DNA of 64,000 bases from Candidatus Bathyarchaeia archaeon (GTDB lineage Archaea; Thermoproteota; Bathyarchaeia; 40CM-2-53-6): NCBI GenBank assembly GCA_049513715.1, contig JBEKVV010000002.1:256001-320000 (forward strand), written 5' to 3'. A model generated the notes under the pieces. It was not told the DNA's origin and ran no database searches. It saw only the letters and a list, made by a program, of their open reading frames with translations. Below are positions 1 to 10,264 of this stretch, piece after piece (position 1 is the stretch's first letter; every line of letters begins with the position of its first letter). The translations under genes were made by a program, and so were the position numbers.

Positions 1-1839
1 TCGGCTGCCGCTGCAGTGATTGGGGGGCGTCCAACGATTATTCCAAGCGCTGAGGGTACATCAGTTGGCGGTAAAGCGTTCCCCTCATTCGTGGCCTTCA
101 CAAAGGACGGCCAGTTGCTCGTTGGTGAACCAGCTAGACGACAAGCAGTCTCTAACCCCGAGGGGACTGTGTACGCAATCAAACGAAAGATGGGAACCGA
201 CTACAAGGTCAACGTATTTGGCAAGGAATACACACCGCAACAGATCTCCGCATTCATTCTTCAGAAAATCAAGCGAGACGCCGAAGCTTTTCTCGGGGAC
301 AAGGTAGAGCAGGCCGTCATTACTGTTCCTGCCTACTTCAACGACAACCAACGCCAAGCAACCAAAGACGCAGGCGCAATCGCGGGCCTCAAAGTTGAAA
401 GAATCATAAACGAACCCACCGCCGCCTCACTCGCCTACGGCCTAGACCGAGCGGAGAAAGAGCTGAAGATATTGGTCTTCGACCTGGGCGGAGGGACCCT
501 CGATGTGACCATAATGGACGTAAGCCGCCCAGACCCGAAAGACCCACCAGTATTCGAGGTCAGGTCGACTAATGGGGACACGCAGCTCGGGGGAACCGAC
601 ATGGACACCGCCTTGATCAACTACATTGCCGAAGAGTTCAAGGCAAGCAACGGAATAGACATCCGAAACGACAAAGTTGCCATTCAGAGGGTCCGTGAGG
701 CCGCTGAAAAGGGGAAAATCGAGCTTTCGACGGTTGTAATTACGGACATCAACCTCCCTTTCATATCCGCTGACGCCGCCGGCCCTAAGCATCTCACCAT
801 GACCTTAACACGCGCCAAGTTAGAAGATCTCGTTCGACCAACAATTGACCGTTGTCGCGGGCCGATGGAGAAAGCCATTGAAGATGCGAAGCTGACACCG
901 AAGGACATTGACAAGATAATCTTCGTGGGCGGACCCACCCGCATGCCCATAGTTCGAAAGTTCGTTGAAGAATACATGGGCAAAGGAGCCGAGAGTGGAG
1001 TTGACCCGATGGAGTGCGTAGCAATGGGCGCCGCAATCCAGGCAGGCGTGATTGCGGGGGAAGTGCGTGACCTTCTCCTCCTGGACGTAACGCCACTTTC
1101 ACTCGGAGTCGAAACGCTGGGAGGCGTGCTCACCAAACTGATTGAGAGAAACGCAACCATCCCGACAAAGCGGAGCCAAACATTCTCAACCGCAGCCGAC
1201 TTCCAAACCACAGTCACAGTCCACGTTCTTCAAGGAGAGCGCCCGATGGCCGCTGACAATGTTTCGCTGGGCATGTTCAACTTGACAGGCATTCCACCGG
1301 CGCCTCGTGGAGTGCCCCAGATTGAAGTCACTTTCGACATCGACACCAACGGAATCATGAATGTTGCAGCGAAGGACTTGGCCACAAACAAAGAACAGAA
1401 AATCACCATAACCGCCTCGACGAAACTTCCTAAGGACGAGATCGAGAAGATGGTTAAGCAGGCAGGCCAATTCGCAGCGGAGGATCAGAAGCGCAAGGAG
1501 GAGGCGGATCTTCGCAACGCGGCTGACAACATGATCTACAGTGGGGAACGATTGACGAAGGAACTTGCAGCAAAGCTCTCTAAAGAGCAGTCTGAGCAAG
1601 TAACGAAGAGTGTGGCGGAGCTTCGGGAAGCCCTAGCAGGGAAGGATGCGGGCGCAATCAAGCAGAAGATGGACGCTCTGCAGAAAGTCTTGCAGGAGAT
1701 AGGCACTGCGGCTTACCAGCAAGTTGCCCAACAACAGCAGGCAGCTACTGGCGGGCCAAGCTCAGCGGGTGCAGTTCCGCAGGGTGAGACGAAAGAAGCG
1801 GTCGATGTGGATTACAAGGTCGTGGACGATAAGAAGTAG
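1..1839 (+). CDS. dnaK: Chaperone DnaK (Hsp70), 5' end lies before the window
   Basis: Hsp70 motifs [42 protein letters not shown]. The frame is open from base 1 (SAAAAVIGG), so the N-terminal DLGT motif is upstream. Confidence 0.98.
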   Translation, partial: SAAAAVIGGRPTIIPSAEGTSVGGKAFPSFVAFTKDGQLLVGEPARRQAVSNPEGTVYAIKRKMGTDYKVNVFGKEYTPQQISAFILQKIKRDAEAFLGDKVEQAVITVPAYFNDNQRQATKDAGAIAGLKVERIINEPTAASLAYGLDRAEKELKILVFDLGGGTLDVTIMDVSRPDPKDPPVFEVRSTNGDTQLGGTDMDTALINYIAEEFKASNGIDIRNDKVAIQRVREAAEKGKIELSTVVITDINLPFISADAAGPKHLTMTLTRAKLEDLVRPTIDRCRGPMEKAIEDAKLTPKDIDKIIFVGGPTRMPIVRKFVEEYMGKGAESGVDPMECVAMGAAIQAGVIAGEVRDLLLLDVTPLSLGVETLGGVLTKLIERNATIPTKRSQTFSTAADFQTTVTVHVLQGERPMAADNVSLGMFNLTGIPPAPRGVPQIEVTFDIDTNGIMNVAAKDLATNKEQKITITASTKLPKDEIEKMVKQAGQFAAEDQKRKEEADLRNAADNMIYSGERLTKELAAKLSKEQSEQVTKSVAELREALAGKDAGAIKQKMDALQKVLQEIGTAAYQQVAQQQQAATGGPSSAGAVPQGETKEAVDVDYKVVDDKK

Positions 1840-1863
1840 ATGTGACAATGCGGCAGATCCTAC

Positions 1864-2952
1864 TTGGCCAAACGTGACTACTACGACATACTCAATGTGC
1901 AGAGAAATGCTACGAAAGACGAGTTAAAGACCCAGTACAGGAAACTTGCCCTTCAATATCACCCAGACCGCAACAAGTCACCCGACGCTGAGGGGCGGTT
2001 CAAAGAAATCTCCGAGGCGTATGCCATTCTTTCGGACGATGAGAAGCGAGCCCAATATGACCGGTTCGGGCATGCCGGCATTGACTCGCAATATTCAACC
2101 GAGGACATATTCCGGGGTGTAGATTTCGATGATATTCTCAGAGACATCGGGTTTGGGGTCGGCGGCGGCTTCGGGTCAATCTTCGACGCCTTCTTAGGAG
2201 GTGGCCGACGAACCCGTGGTCCTGTCAGAGGGCAGGATCTGCGTTATGATTTGGAGATCTCGTTGGAGCAAGCCTATTCAGGGCTCACGACCGAGATTGA
2301 AGTTCCAAGGACTGAGCGCTGCTCTGAGTGTGGTGGCTCAGGAGCGAAACCCGGTACCTCCCCGAAGAAGTGTCCCCAGTGTGGTGGCACTGGGCAGATT
2401 CAGCATGTCCAGACTTCTGGTTTCATGCATTTTGCCAGAATAGAGCCGTGCAACAAATGCCGTGGACGAGGGGTCGTCATCGAGAAACCATGTGCCACGT
2501 GTCGCGGGACAGGAATCATCGAGCGAAGAAGGCGAATCAGCGTAAGGATACCTGCCGGTGTTGATAGTGGGTCTCAACTTGTCATGCGCGGTGAGGGTGA
2601 CGCTCCCAACGGCGATGGGCGAAGAGGTGACTTGTACGTTGTTGTGGACATCAGGCCCCATGAAGTTTTTCGCAGAGAAGGCAACGACCTGATTTGCCGT
2701 GTGGATCTCAATTTCTCAAAGGCCACCCTTGGTGGGGAGGTCGAAGTTTCGACTATTGACGGTGCGGCCAAGATCATGGTGCCGCCTGGAACACAAACCG
2801 GCGCATTGTTTCGGCTCAGGAAGAAGGGTATGCCTGCGTTGCGGGACTCAGGACGAGGCGACGAGATAGTGGTCGTGCAAGTGAAAACCCCGACGAAGCT
2901 GACATCGCGACAACGCGAACTTATCCAAGAACTTTCACGCGACGGCCTTTAG
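1864..2952 (+). CDS. dnaJ: Chaperone DnaJ
   Basis: J domain with HPD, G/F-rich linker, four CxxCxGxG repeats; follows dnaK; TTG start. Confidence 0.98.
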   Translation: MAKRDYYDILNVQRNATKDELKTQYRKLALQYHPDRNKSPDAEGRFKEISEAYAILSDDEKRAQYDRFGHAGIDSQYSTEDIFRGVDFDDILRDIGFGVGGGFGSIFDAFLGGGRRTRGPVRGQDLRYDLEISLEQAYSGLTTEIEVPRTERCSECGGSGAKPGTSPKKCPQCGGTGQIQHVQTSGFMHFARIEPCNKCRGRGVVIEKPCATCRGTGIIERRRRISVRIPAGVDSGSQLVMRGEGDAPNGDGRRGDLYVVVDIRPHEVFRREGNDLICRVDLNFSKATLGGEVEVSTIDGAAKIMVPPGTQTGALFRLRKKGMPALRDSGRGDEIVVVQVKTPTKLTSRQRELIQELSRDGL

Positions 2953-2961
2953 GCTTGAACA

Positions 2962-3798
2962 TCAGTTTGCCTGAACTAATGACAGAAGGCGTCGGTGAAT
3001 TCCTGCACCCCCTGCCAAGATTGACCGTGAGAAGTTCTCCCAAGTTCCGCCATCGGAATCTGTCACTTTCCCACTCGCTTCTTGTACTATGAGGCACCCT
3101 GCTGCTGTCTCGTAGATCGGCGACCGTCGGAAAACCGTCACTATTCCATCAAACTTTCCCGCGGCCACGGAGCAGAGGTTGAGGGCCACACTACCGGGGG
3201 ATCGAATGCTATGAGTGAAATGGTAAAGTTTCTTCTCGAAGCCCAACGGGTCAGGTATTGAAGGCTCTGGGGTCCACCATTCATAAATCAATGATGCGTT
3301 TCGAAGCGCTGTCGTGTTGGAAACATGGATTCGTTTTCCGTTCTTGTAAGCACCTTGCATGCGGGCTGCGGTAAACATTTCATCTAATAGAGGATTGTAG
3401 ATTGCCCCTGCGACGGTCCTGCCGCCAACTAGGACGCCGATAGATACGGAGAAGTATGGGATTCTCTTCGCAAAGTTCAATGTTCCATCCAAGGGGTCCA
3501 CGGCCCATGTTATGTTGTGTGAACCAAAATCATGTGTCCCAGACTCCTCAGACTTCACCATGCCCCTGAACCGGCTTCGCTTGATTCGGGCGAGTATGAG
3601 CCTTTCAGACTCCTTGTCTGCGTTGGTTACGATGCTACCTGGGTAGTCGTATTTGCGCCGGACAGAAAGTTTTCCCTTGCCAAACAGTGCAAGGAGTCGC
3701 CGGCCCGCTTCCTCGGCCGCATGTGAGGCAACTTCCATTAGCTCTATTTCAATTTCCAACAGATCAGCTCCAAGATTACCCAGCTTGTAAGCCATCAA
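2962..3798 (-). CDS. Inositol monophosphatase / FBPase family protein
   Basis: SEE, WAVDPLDGTLNF and GSVALNLCSVAAG motifs; start uncertain. Confidence 0.9.
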   Translation of the reverse strand: MMAYKLGNLGADLLEIEIELMEVASHAAEEAGRRLLALFGKGKLSVRRKYDYPGSIVTNADKESERLILARIKRSRFRGMVKSEESGTHDFGSHNITWAVDPLDGTLNFAKRIPYFSVSIGVLVGGRTVAGAIYNPLLDEMFTAARMQGAYKNGKRIHVSNTTALRNASLIYEWWTPEPSIPDPLGFEKKLYHFTHSIRSPGSVALNLCSVAAGKFDGIVTVFRRSPIYETAAGCLIVQEASGKVTDSDGGTWENFSRSILAGGAGIHRRLLSLVQAN

Positions 3799-4024
3799 CT
3801 AGAGCTGTCTGGCCGCGGGACAACCAAACCTCCATAAGTTCTGTGATCAAAATCAAGGCACCGATCACCAGCAGCACCGCGCCCGTACCTCCTGTAATGG
3901 TCCAATTCAAGGAATAATGCGCGATGAATGAGCCAATGGCCAAAATGACAAGTGCCGTCCCCGTGCAAATCATCGCGATTGCTATGATCATACGCGGCCG
4001 CAATTGAGGTCTGCTCAAACTCAC
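3776..4024 (-). CDS. Small membrane protein (2 TM)
   Basis: Two hydrophobic helices; overlaps the IMPase start. Confidence 0.6.
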   Translation of the reverse strand: MSLSRPQLRPRMIIAIAMICTGTALVILAIGSFIAHYSLNWTITGGTGAVLLVIGALILITELMEVWLSRGQTALVDGLQAG

Positions 4025-4080
4025 AAGTGTAATGTTTTAAACTTCCCTCACCTGCGAGAACGCCAACTCGGGTGGCATTC

Positions 4081-4563
4081 ATGGAGTGGTTTCCAGAATT
4101 CGTCCAAAAGCACCTAAGCTTCGCGGGCAAATGCTACAAACATTGCGACGGGCCAACCTCGTTGAAGTTTCTCTCACAGGGCTCATCTCACGTTATTGGG
4201 GCTTATGTCTGCGCCGACGGCTTTGTTTCCCAAGTGGTCAACTTCAGCGTCAAACCAGACTTGAAAGCATTCCAAGATCTACTCGCCAACCAAGTAGGAA
4301 AGGAGAATGTCAGTTCCCGGGATATTCGAATCGCTACACGCCACGGTTGGGAACTGGGCTCCGACGCAACACAGGTCATTGAATCGAGACTGGGACATGG
4401 CGCCACCGTCACAGAAGCCTATTGGAGAAGGTATCCAAAGACCGAAGAAGAGAAACAGCAGGCAGTCTCTCTTTGCAGGTCCTGCAACGGTCTCTTTATT
4501 CACAGCAGCGATGACGACCAGCGATTGTGTCCTACATGTCAGAGGAAGCGGAGCAGGGCTTAG
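4081..4563 (+). CDS. Hypothetical Cys-rich protein with C-terminal Zn finger
   Basis: CxxHC near the N-terminus and CRSC...CPTC at the C-terminus; fills the space between neighbours. Confidence 0.65.
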   Translation: MEWFPEFVQKHLSFAGKCYKHCDGPTSLKFLSQGSSHVIGAYVCADGFVSQVVNFSVKPDLKAFQDLLANQVGKENVSSRDIRIATRHGWELGSDATQVIESRLGHGATVTEAYWRRYPKTEEEKQQAVSLCRSCNGLFIHSSDDDQRLCPTCQRKRSRA

Positions 4564-4914
4564 TCAGTTTGGAGTCAGCTTTCGGTTGTAGAACTCGCTG
4601 GCGAAGAAGTCGTCCCACCTAGCCTTCGTCACGTCTACGGCCTCCGAGAACCCAGTGAAGACATGCTTCACAGTGCCGTCATCGTACTCAGCAAATACCT
4701 GCGGAATTAAATAGTCCTCAACGAAATCGCCGTACCTCCGCACAAGCTCATCCGCCAATTTCTCCTCCTCAGGATCATCGATATCCAACACACGCAACGG
4801 GACGCTGAGCGCCGTTTCCATTTGGTGGCCCCGTTCCAGTGACAGCGGAACACAATGTGGGCACCATTCCGCAAGCACCATTGTGACCCTCCTCAACAAA
4901 GTGATTCGCCTCAA
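4564..4914 (-). CDS. Thioredoxin/glutaredoxin-like protein
   Basis: WCPHC active site and cis-Pro loop (LIPQV). Confidence 0.8.
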   Translation of the reverse strand: MRRITLLRRVTMVLAEWCPHCVPLSLERGHQMETALSVPLRVLDIDDPEEEKLADELVRRYGDFVEDYLIPQVFAEYDDGTVKHVFTGFSEAVDVTKARWDDFFASEFYNRKLTPN

Positions 4915-5094
4915 TCCTCGCCATCTGTCCTAGACTTAAACCATTCATTGAATTGTTGGACGCACGCTTCCACAGGGGCAATGATAATGGGCCTTGCTTT
5001 GGTCCACATGCATCAAGCTTGGCGTTTGAGGAAGTTGAAGCTCTCTCAAACAGGTTTTATTTGACTATGAAATACGGGTCCTAGGTTGTGCTAG

Positions 5095-5997
5095 TTGATT
5101 ATTGTTGGCGGTTCAACGTCAGAAGCCCTCGCCACTAAAGTGGCAATGGCGCTTGGACAGAAATCTGGAAAACTGGAGATCCGCAGATTTCCGGATGGTG
5201 AAAAGTATCTTCGTGTTTTGGAAGATGTCAAGAATCAGGAAATCGTCGTAGTCCAGTCGATCCACCACGCGCCCGATGAGCTTCTGTTCGAATATTTGCT
5301 CCTCGTGGATGCATTGAAAGACCTCGGTGCGAAGAGGATTGTTAGTTTCATTCCATACTTCGCGTACGCACGGCAGGATGAAAGGTTCCACCCCGGCGAG
5401 GCGTTGAGCTTCAGGACTGTGAGTAAGCTTATGGAGAGTGTTGGGACGGACGAGATCTTCACCATCGACATGCACCAGCACAGAGTACTGAAGTCATCTG
5501 AAGTTTTCAAAATTCCATCCCACAATTTGTCTGCTATGCCACTACTGGCGGAGTATATCGGAAGAACAGTGAAACTGGAGAAACCTCTGGTTATCGGGCC
5601 TGACGCCGAAGCAGAACAATGGGCGAAGTTGGCGGCCGAAAAGCTGGGGGCTGACTTTGACGTGTTCGAGAAAAAGCGGTTCGGGGATAAAGACGTGCAG
5701 GTGCGTCCGCGTAGGGAGAACGCGAATGGCAGGGATGTCCTGATTGTGGACGACATTATCAGCACCGGCGGAACGATCGTTGAAGCGTTGAAGATACTTT
5801 ACTCGCAGGGCGCAAAGAGGGTGAACGTTGCCTGCACTCATCCCATTCTGGCGGGTGGTGCGCTGGCCAGAATCTACGAGGCAGGAGCCCAAAACGTTAT
5901 CGGAACTGACACGGTTCCGAGCCCAATCAGCTATGTCAGCGTGGCTCCGCTAATTTCGGAGCATATTAGGAAGGCGGGGTTAAGTGGCTCTTCCTGA
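5095..5997 (+). CDS. prs: Ribose-phosphate pyrophosphokinase (PRPP synthase)
   Basis: FPDGE, PYFAYARQD and VDDIISTGGT motifs. Confidence 0.97.
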   Translation: MIIVGGSTSEALATKVAMALGQKSGKLEIRRFPDGEKYLRVLEDVKNQEIVVVQSIHHAPDELLFEYLLLVDALKDLGAKRIVSFIPYFAYARQDERFHPGEALSFRTVSKLMESVGTDEIFTIDMHQHRVLKSSEVFKIPSHNLSAMPLLAEYIGRTVKLEKPLVIGPDAEAEQWAKLAAEKLGADFDVFEKKRFGDKDVQVRPRRENANGRDVLIVDDIISTGGTIVEALKILYSQGAKRVNVACTHPILAGGALARIYEAGAQNVIGTDTVPSPISYVSVAPLISEHIRKAGLSGSS

Positions 5998-6973
5998 GCA
6001 AGCTGAGAAAATCGCCGAAGACATTAGGAACATGCGCATTCGCGGCGCGGGGCACATTGCCAGTTCCGCGGTTGAAGCTCTATGCATAGTCGCGAAAAAT
6101 TCCAAGGCTAAGAGCGTCGATGACTTCCTGAAGGAGCTTGATAACAGCGCCCACATTCTGCTCCAAACCAGGCCGACCGCAGTTTCACTACCAAATGCGA
6201 TAAGGTATGTGATGCACCGGGTTAACGAAAAGAAATCTGGCGCTTCCTCTGTGAAGGAAGTTCAGGCAATTGCGATGCATGCTGCTTCAGAATTCATTGA
6301 TAGTACAAGGACTGCGTTGCAACGCATTGGTGAGATCGGAGCTCGAAGAATTCGGGATGGTGATGTCTTGTTAACACACTGCAATAGTAGCGCAGTGCTC
6401 TCGATTATGAAGACTGCATGGAGTCAGGGCAAGCGTTTCGAGGTGATGGTGACCGAAACACGGCCGAGGTTTCAAGGCCGAATTACAGCGCATGAGCTAG
6501 CCAAAGAAGGTATCCCAGTTACGCTGATTCTGGATGATGCGGTTAGGTATTTCATGCAAGATGTCGACAAAGTCATTGTCGGCGCAGACGCGATCACGGC
6601 CAACGGCGCTTTGGTCAACAAGGTCGGAACCTCAGTTGTGGCGTTGGCGGCTCATGAAGCAAAAGTCCGGGTGTTCGTTGCTGCTGAAACCTACAAATTC
6701 AGTCCGGAAACGATGATTGGAGAGCTTGTCAAAATAGAAGAGCGCGACACAACGGAAGTAATCTCACGAGACGAGCTGAAAAAACTCGGAGCTGTTAAGG
6801 TTCGCAACCCATCATTCGATGTCACGCCGTCTGAGTTCATTGACCTGATAATCACTGAACGCGGGATCATTCCTCCGCTTGGCGCATTGTTGATCTTAGA
6901 AGACGTCTTGGGGGTTGTCACACCAGAGGAACTCCGCGGTTACCAAACATACACACTTGAGGAGGAGGCTTAG
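5984..6973 (+). CDS. Ribose-1,5-bisphosphate isomerase (eIF2B-like)
   Basis: IRGA, TRPTAVSLPNA, LTHCNS, ETRP, GADAI, NKVGT, NPSFDVTP; directly upstream of RuBisCO; overlaps prs by 14 bp. Confidence 0.93.
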   Translation: MALPEQAEKIAEDIRNMRIRGAGHIASSAVEALCIVAKNSKAKSVDDFLKELDNSAHILLQTRPTAVSLPNAIRYVMHRVNEKKSGASSVKEVQAIAMHAASEFIDSTRTALQRIGEIGARRIRDGDVLLTHCNSSAVLSIMKTAWSQGKRFEVMVTETRPRFQGRITAHELAKEGIPVTLILDDAVRYFMQDVDKVIVGADAITANGALVNKVGTSVVALAAHEAKVRVFVAAETYKFSPETMIGELVKIEERDTTEVISRDELKKLGAVKVRNPSFDVTPSEFIDLIITERGIIPPLGALLILEDVLGVVTPEELRGYQTYTLEEEA

Positions 6974-7041
6974 GACACGGAGAATTCACGTTGCGCGCGA
7001 TTCTTTATTGAAACCATGCACTTGCTCACACAAGGTGAAGA

Positions 7042-8334
7042 ATGGCAATGACGGAATGGTACCGAGACTTCGTAGACACCAGCCACAAGCCCGGACCAGA
7101 TGAGCTGCTGTGCTTGTTTCGTGTTGAACCTGCAGCGGGCTTTTCGATCGAAGACGCTGCGGGCCGGGTCGCATCTGAGTCGTCGGTCGGGACTTGGACC
7201 GAACTCACCACAATGAGAGACAGAATCCGTCGGTTAATGGCTAAGGCGTACGAAATCCAAGGGAACTTTGTGAAGGTTGCCTATCCACCAGACCTATTTG
7301 AGCCCGGAAACATGCCCCAGATCCTGAGTTCAGTTGCGGGCAATGTTTTCGGAATGAAAGCCGTTCAGAACCTAAGGTTGGAAACTGTTCATTGGCCTAG
7401 GACAGTTCTGAACGGTTTTTCTGGCCCGAGGCTTGGCTTGAGTGGAATACGCAAGCTCTTCGGGGTAAAGAACCGGCCTCTCACTGCCACAGTACCGAAA
7501 CCCAAGCTTGGGCTTACAGCAAAGGGGCATGCGAAAGCGGGGTACGAAGCGTGGGTAGGTGGGGTAGACCTCCTGAAAGATGACGAGAACTTAACCTCAC
7601 AGCCATTCAACAAATTCAAGAAAAGAGTGACCGAGTGTTTCAGACTGCGGGACAAAGCTGAGCATGAAACTGGGGAAAGGAAGAGCTACCTGATCAACAT
7701 AACCGCAGAAACGAACGAGATGCTCCGCCGGGCGAAAACCGTGGCCAAGGCGGGGGGCGAATACGTGATGGTCGACATAATCACCTGCGGATGGGCCAGC
7801 CTTCAAACGCTCCGCGCGACATGTCAGGACCTTAAGCTCGCGATTCACGCCCACCGCGCCTTTCACGCAGCCTTCACCCGAAACCCACTTCATGGCATGT
7901 CCATGCTTGCGGTCTCTGATGTCGCGCGCTTGATTGGCGTAGACCAACTTCACATTGGGACTGTCATTGGGAAGCTCGAATCTCCAAAGGAGGAAGTTCT
8001 AGCGCTCAGGGACAACCTACAGCAAAGGAATGTTAGTCCAGGGAATGCGAGCCTGGGCCAAGATTGGGGCACAAAGAGAGCTGTCTTCCCTGTGTGCTCG
8101 GGTGGCCTCCACCCCGGCCTGGTTCCCGAGCTCGTTAAACTCGTTGGAACTGATGTAGTGATCCAAGCGGGTGGAGGTATCTGGGGGCATCCAGACGGCG
8201 GAAGGGCTGGAGCTATGGCTCTTAGGCAAGCGGTCGAAGTCGCCGTCAGCGGATTAAATCTAGATGACTATGCCCGTGAACATAAGGAACTTCAGAGAGC
8301 AATTGACACCTGGGGCGTTGCCACTTACAAGTAA
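7042..8334 (+). CDS. rbcL: RuBisCO large subunit, archaeal form III
   Basis: ESSVGTW, VPKPKLG, LKDDE carbamylation motif, HAHRA, loop-6 GKLE, SGGLH and QAGGG all present, so a bona fide RuBisCO rather than an RLP. Confidence 0.96.
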   Translation: MAMTEWYRDFVDTSHKPGPDELLCLFRVEPAAGFSIEDAAGRVASESSVGTWTELTTMRDRIRRLMAKAYEIQGNFVKVAYPPDLFEPGNMPQILSSVAGNVFGMKAVQNLRLETVHWPRTVLNGFSGPRLGLSGIRKLFGVKNRPLTATVPKPKLGLTAKGHAKAGYEAWVGGVDLLKDDENLTSQPFNKFKKRVTECFRLRDKAEHETGERKSYLINITAETNEMLRRAKTVAKAGGEYVMVDIITCGWASLQTLRATCQDLKLAIHAHRAFHAAFTRNPLHGMSMLAVSDVARLIGVDQLHIGTVIGKLESPKEEVLALRDNLQQRNVSPGNASLGQDWGTKRAVFPVCSGGLHPGLVPELVKLVGTDVVIQAGGGIWGHPDGGRAGAMALRQAVEVAVSGLNLDDYAREHKELQRAIDTWGVATYK

Positions 8335-8375
8335 GCTGAGTGAACATTCAAGAACCTCCAAAGCTGGTTTAGCGA

Positions 8376-9185
8376 ATGAACCCCAAACGAGACGTCTGTG
8401 TCACATTTGACCTGTGGGAAACGCTCATCGCGGACGAATCGGAACTCGATGTAGCTAGAGGTCGAATGCGAACCGAGGGTATTCACAAAGTACTAGACGG
8501 AATGGGAATCAAGGTTCCATTGGGGGATCTCCAGAAAGCCTACGATGTAACTGACACGCAGCTCGATGCCGCATGGAGCCGTAACGAGAATCCAACGCCG
8601 ATTGAACAGATTGAGCTCCTTCTCAAGACTGCTACCAAAGGCAAGGTCTCGTTGCCGCAGGATTCACAAGCACTTCGAATGTTGGAAAGCGCCTATGTTG
8701 ATCCGATTCTCGTCTCACCTCCCAAATTAAAGGAAGATGCCCTATTCGCTTTGGAGGGCGCGCGCAGCCGAGTAGGCCGAGTGGGCTTGATCAGCAATAC
8801 CGGCCGTAGTCCAGCCGCTTCTTTACGCCAAGTGCTAGAAAAATATGGGCTCTTGAGATTCTTTGACGCGACCATTTTCTCCGACGAGGTTGGAACCCGC
8901 AAGCCAAACAGGCGGATCTTTGAAACAGCCGCAAATGAATTGCAAACCGACCTCACAAAGATGATTCATGTTGGAGATAATCCCGAAGCGGATGTCTGGG
9001 GAGCAAAGCAAGCTGGGATGAGGGCTGTGCTTCTTGAGTACGATGTTCCAGATGATTTCAAGAAACGTCCGACTTCGCTGTTCGCCCTTTCCAGAACGAA
9101 GCATATCTCAGATTCGGAGATTCATCCAGACGCCAGGATCAAATCATTGCGAGAGGTTCTTGATTTCCTGGGCTCTCTGGACTAG
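8376..9185 (+). CDS. HAD-superfamily hydrolase
   Basis: Motif I FDLWETL, ISNT, KP, HVGDNPEADVWGA; co-oriented 41 bp after rbcL. Confidence 0.9.
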   Translation: MNPKRDVCVTFDLWETLIADESELDVARGRMRTEGIHKVLDGMGIKVPLGDLQKAYDVTDTQLDAAWSRNENPTPIEQIELLLKTATKGKVSLPQDSQALRMLESAYVDPILVSPPKLKEDALFALEGARSRVGRVGLISNTGRSPAASLRQVLEKYGLLRFFDATIFSDEVGTRKPNRRIFETAANELQTDLTKMIHVGDNPEADVWGAKQAGMRAVLLEYDVPDDFKKRPTSLFALSRTKHISDSEIHPDARIKSLREVLDFLGSLD

Positions 9186-9209
9186 ACTCATGTCTGGATA
9201 CACGTTGGG

Positions 9210-10151
9210 CTAGGAAACGCTGTCAAGGTGTTTGAGCAGATCAGTTCGATTCGGGCTTCCACGTGTTTCGGGCCTTGTTGCTTTGATTCCGCCAGCGCAA
9301 TTGGCCCATCCGAGAGATTCTTGGTCCGTATGTCCTTCGGAGAGGGCGGCAACGAATGCGCCGAGGAAAGCATCGCCGCAGCCAACTGTGTTCACGGCCC
9401 TCATTCCATGTGAGTTCAAGTCTAACGCTCCAACAACTGTCTTCTTGTTTTCGTGATACATCTGCACACCCTTCGCCCCCAGTTTGGTGACCACTTTCAA
9501 ACGCGCGTTAAGTCTCATGAGCTTTGCAGCGCCTTGTTCAGGGTCCTTTGTTCCAGTCAAGTTTTCGATTTCTGATTGGTTGGCGACAACGTAGTCCGTA
9601 TTCTCGATTAGGTTTCTCACTGATTCAATTCCGAGGGTGGATTTGATGCCCGGGTCCCAGGCCACGGTTTTCCCTAAGCGTTTTGCTTCTTTGGCAAGTT
9701 TCAGTCCCGTCTCGAACGGTGGGTCCATTATCGTGATCACCGCGGCCTCAGAAACCAATCTCCGACGTTCCGCAGTATCCAAGTCCTCGGCGGTAATCGT
9801 TGCGTTAGCACCGAAGTGTGTGTGGATTATGTTCTCTCCCTCTTCATCGATGACGATGTACGCCTGACCGGATTCGACATTTTCGTTGAATTTGAGGCCT
9901 GAAACAACGACACCTTCTTCTTCGAAGATTTTGACCTGCTCGGAAGCAATCGAATCCTTACCTAGCCCGCCGATAATTGCAGCCTGATTAGGGCCAAGTA
10001 GGCGTGCGGCGGCCACAGCGACATTTCCCGCCTTACCGCCAGGTACGCGGGTGATTCTCGTGACCACGACTTCCTCGCCTGGTTGGGGGAATCTCTTCAC
10101 GAACAGGTTAATGTCCCAATTTACAGCGCCAATCACGAGGGTCTTGAGCAA
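9210..10151 (-). CDS. rbsK: Ribokinase (PfkB family)
   Basis: NWD, PGGKAGN and NTVGCGDAF motifs. Confidence 0.8.
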   Translation of the reverse strand: MLKTLVIGAVNWDINLFVKRFPQPGEEVVVTRITRVPGGKAGNVAVAAARLLGPNQAAIIGGLGKDSIASEQVKIFEEEGVVVSGLKFNENVESGQAYIVIDEEGENIIHTHFGANATITAEDLDTAERRRLVSEAAVITIMDPPFETGLKLAKEAKRLGKTVAWDPGIKSTLGIESVRNLIENTDYVVANQSEIENLTGTKDPEQGAAKLMRLNARLKVVTKLGAKGVQMYHENKKTVVGALDLNSHGMRAVNTVGCGDAFLGAFVAALSEGHTDQESLGWANCAGGIKATRPETRGSPNRTDLLKHLDSVS

Positions 10152-10264
10152 GGTAATCGCTCAACTCCTAGCGTCCGCGTTGCAAATTTGCTTTTGCTTC
10201 CCAGCTTTCAATCAACGGTGCCACAGGTTGGTGATGTAGCTAAGATTGCGGTTGCGGCTGCTTC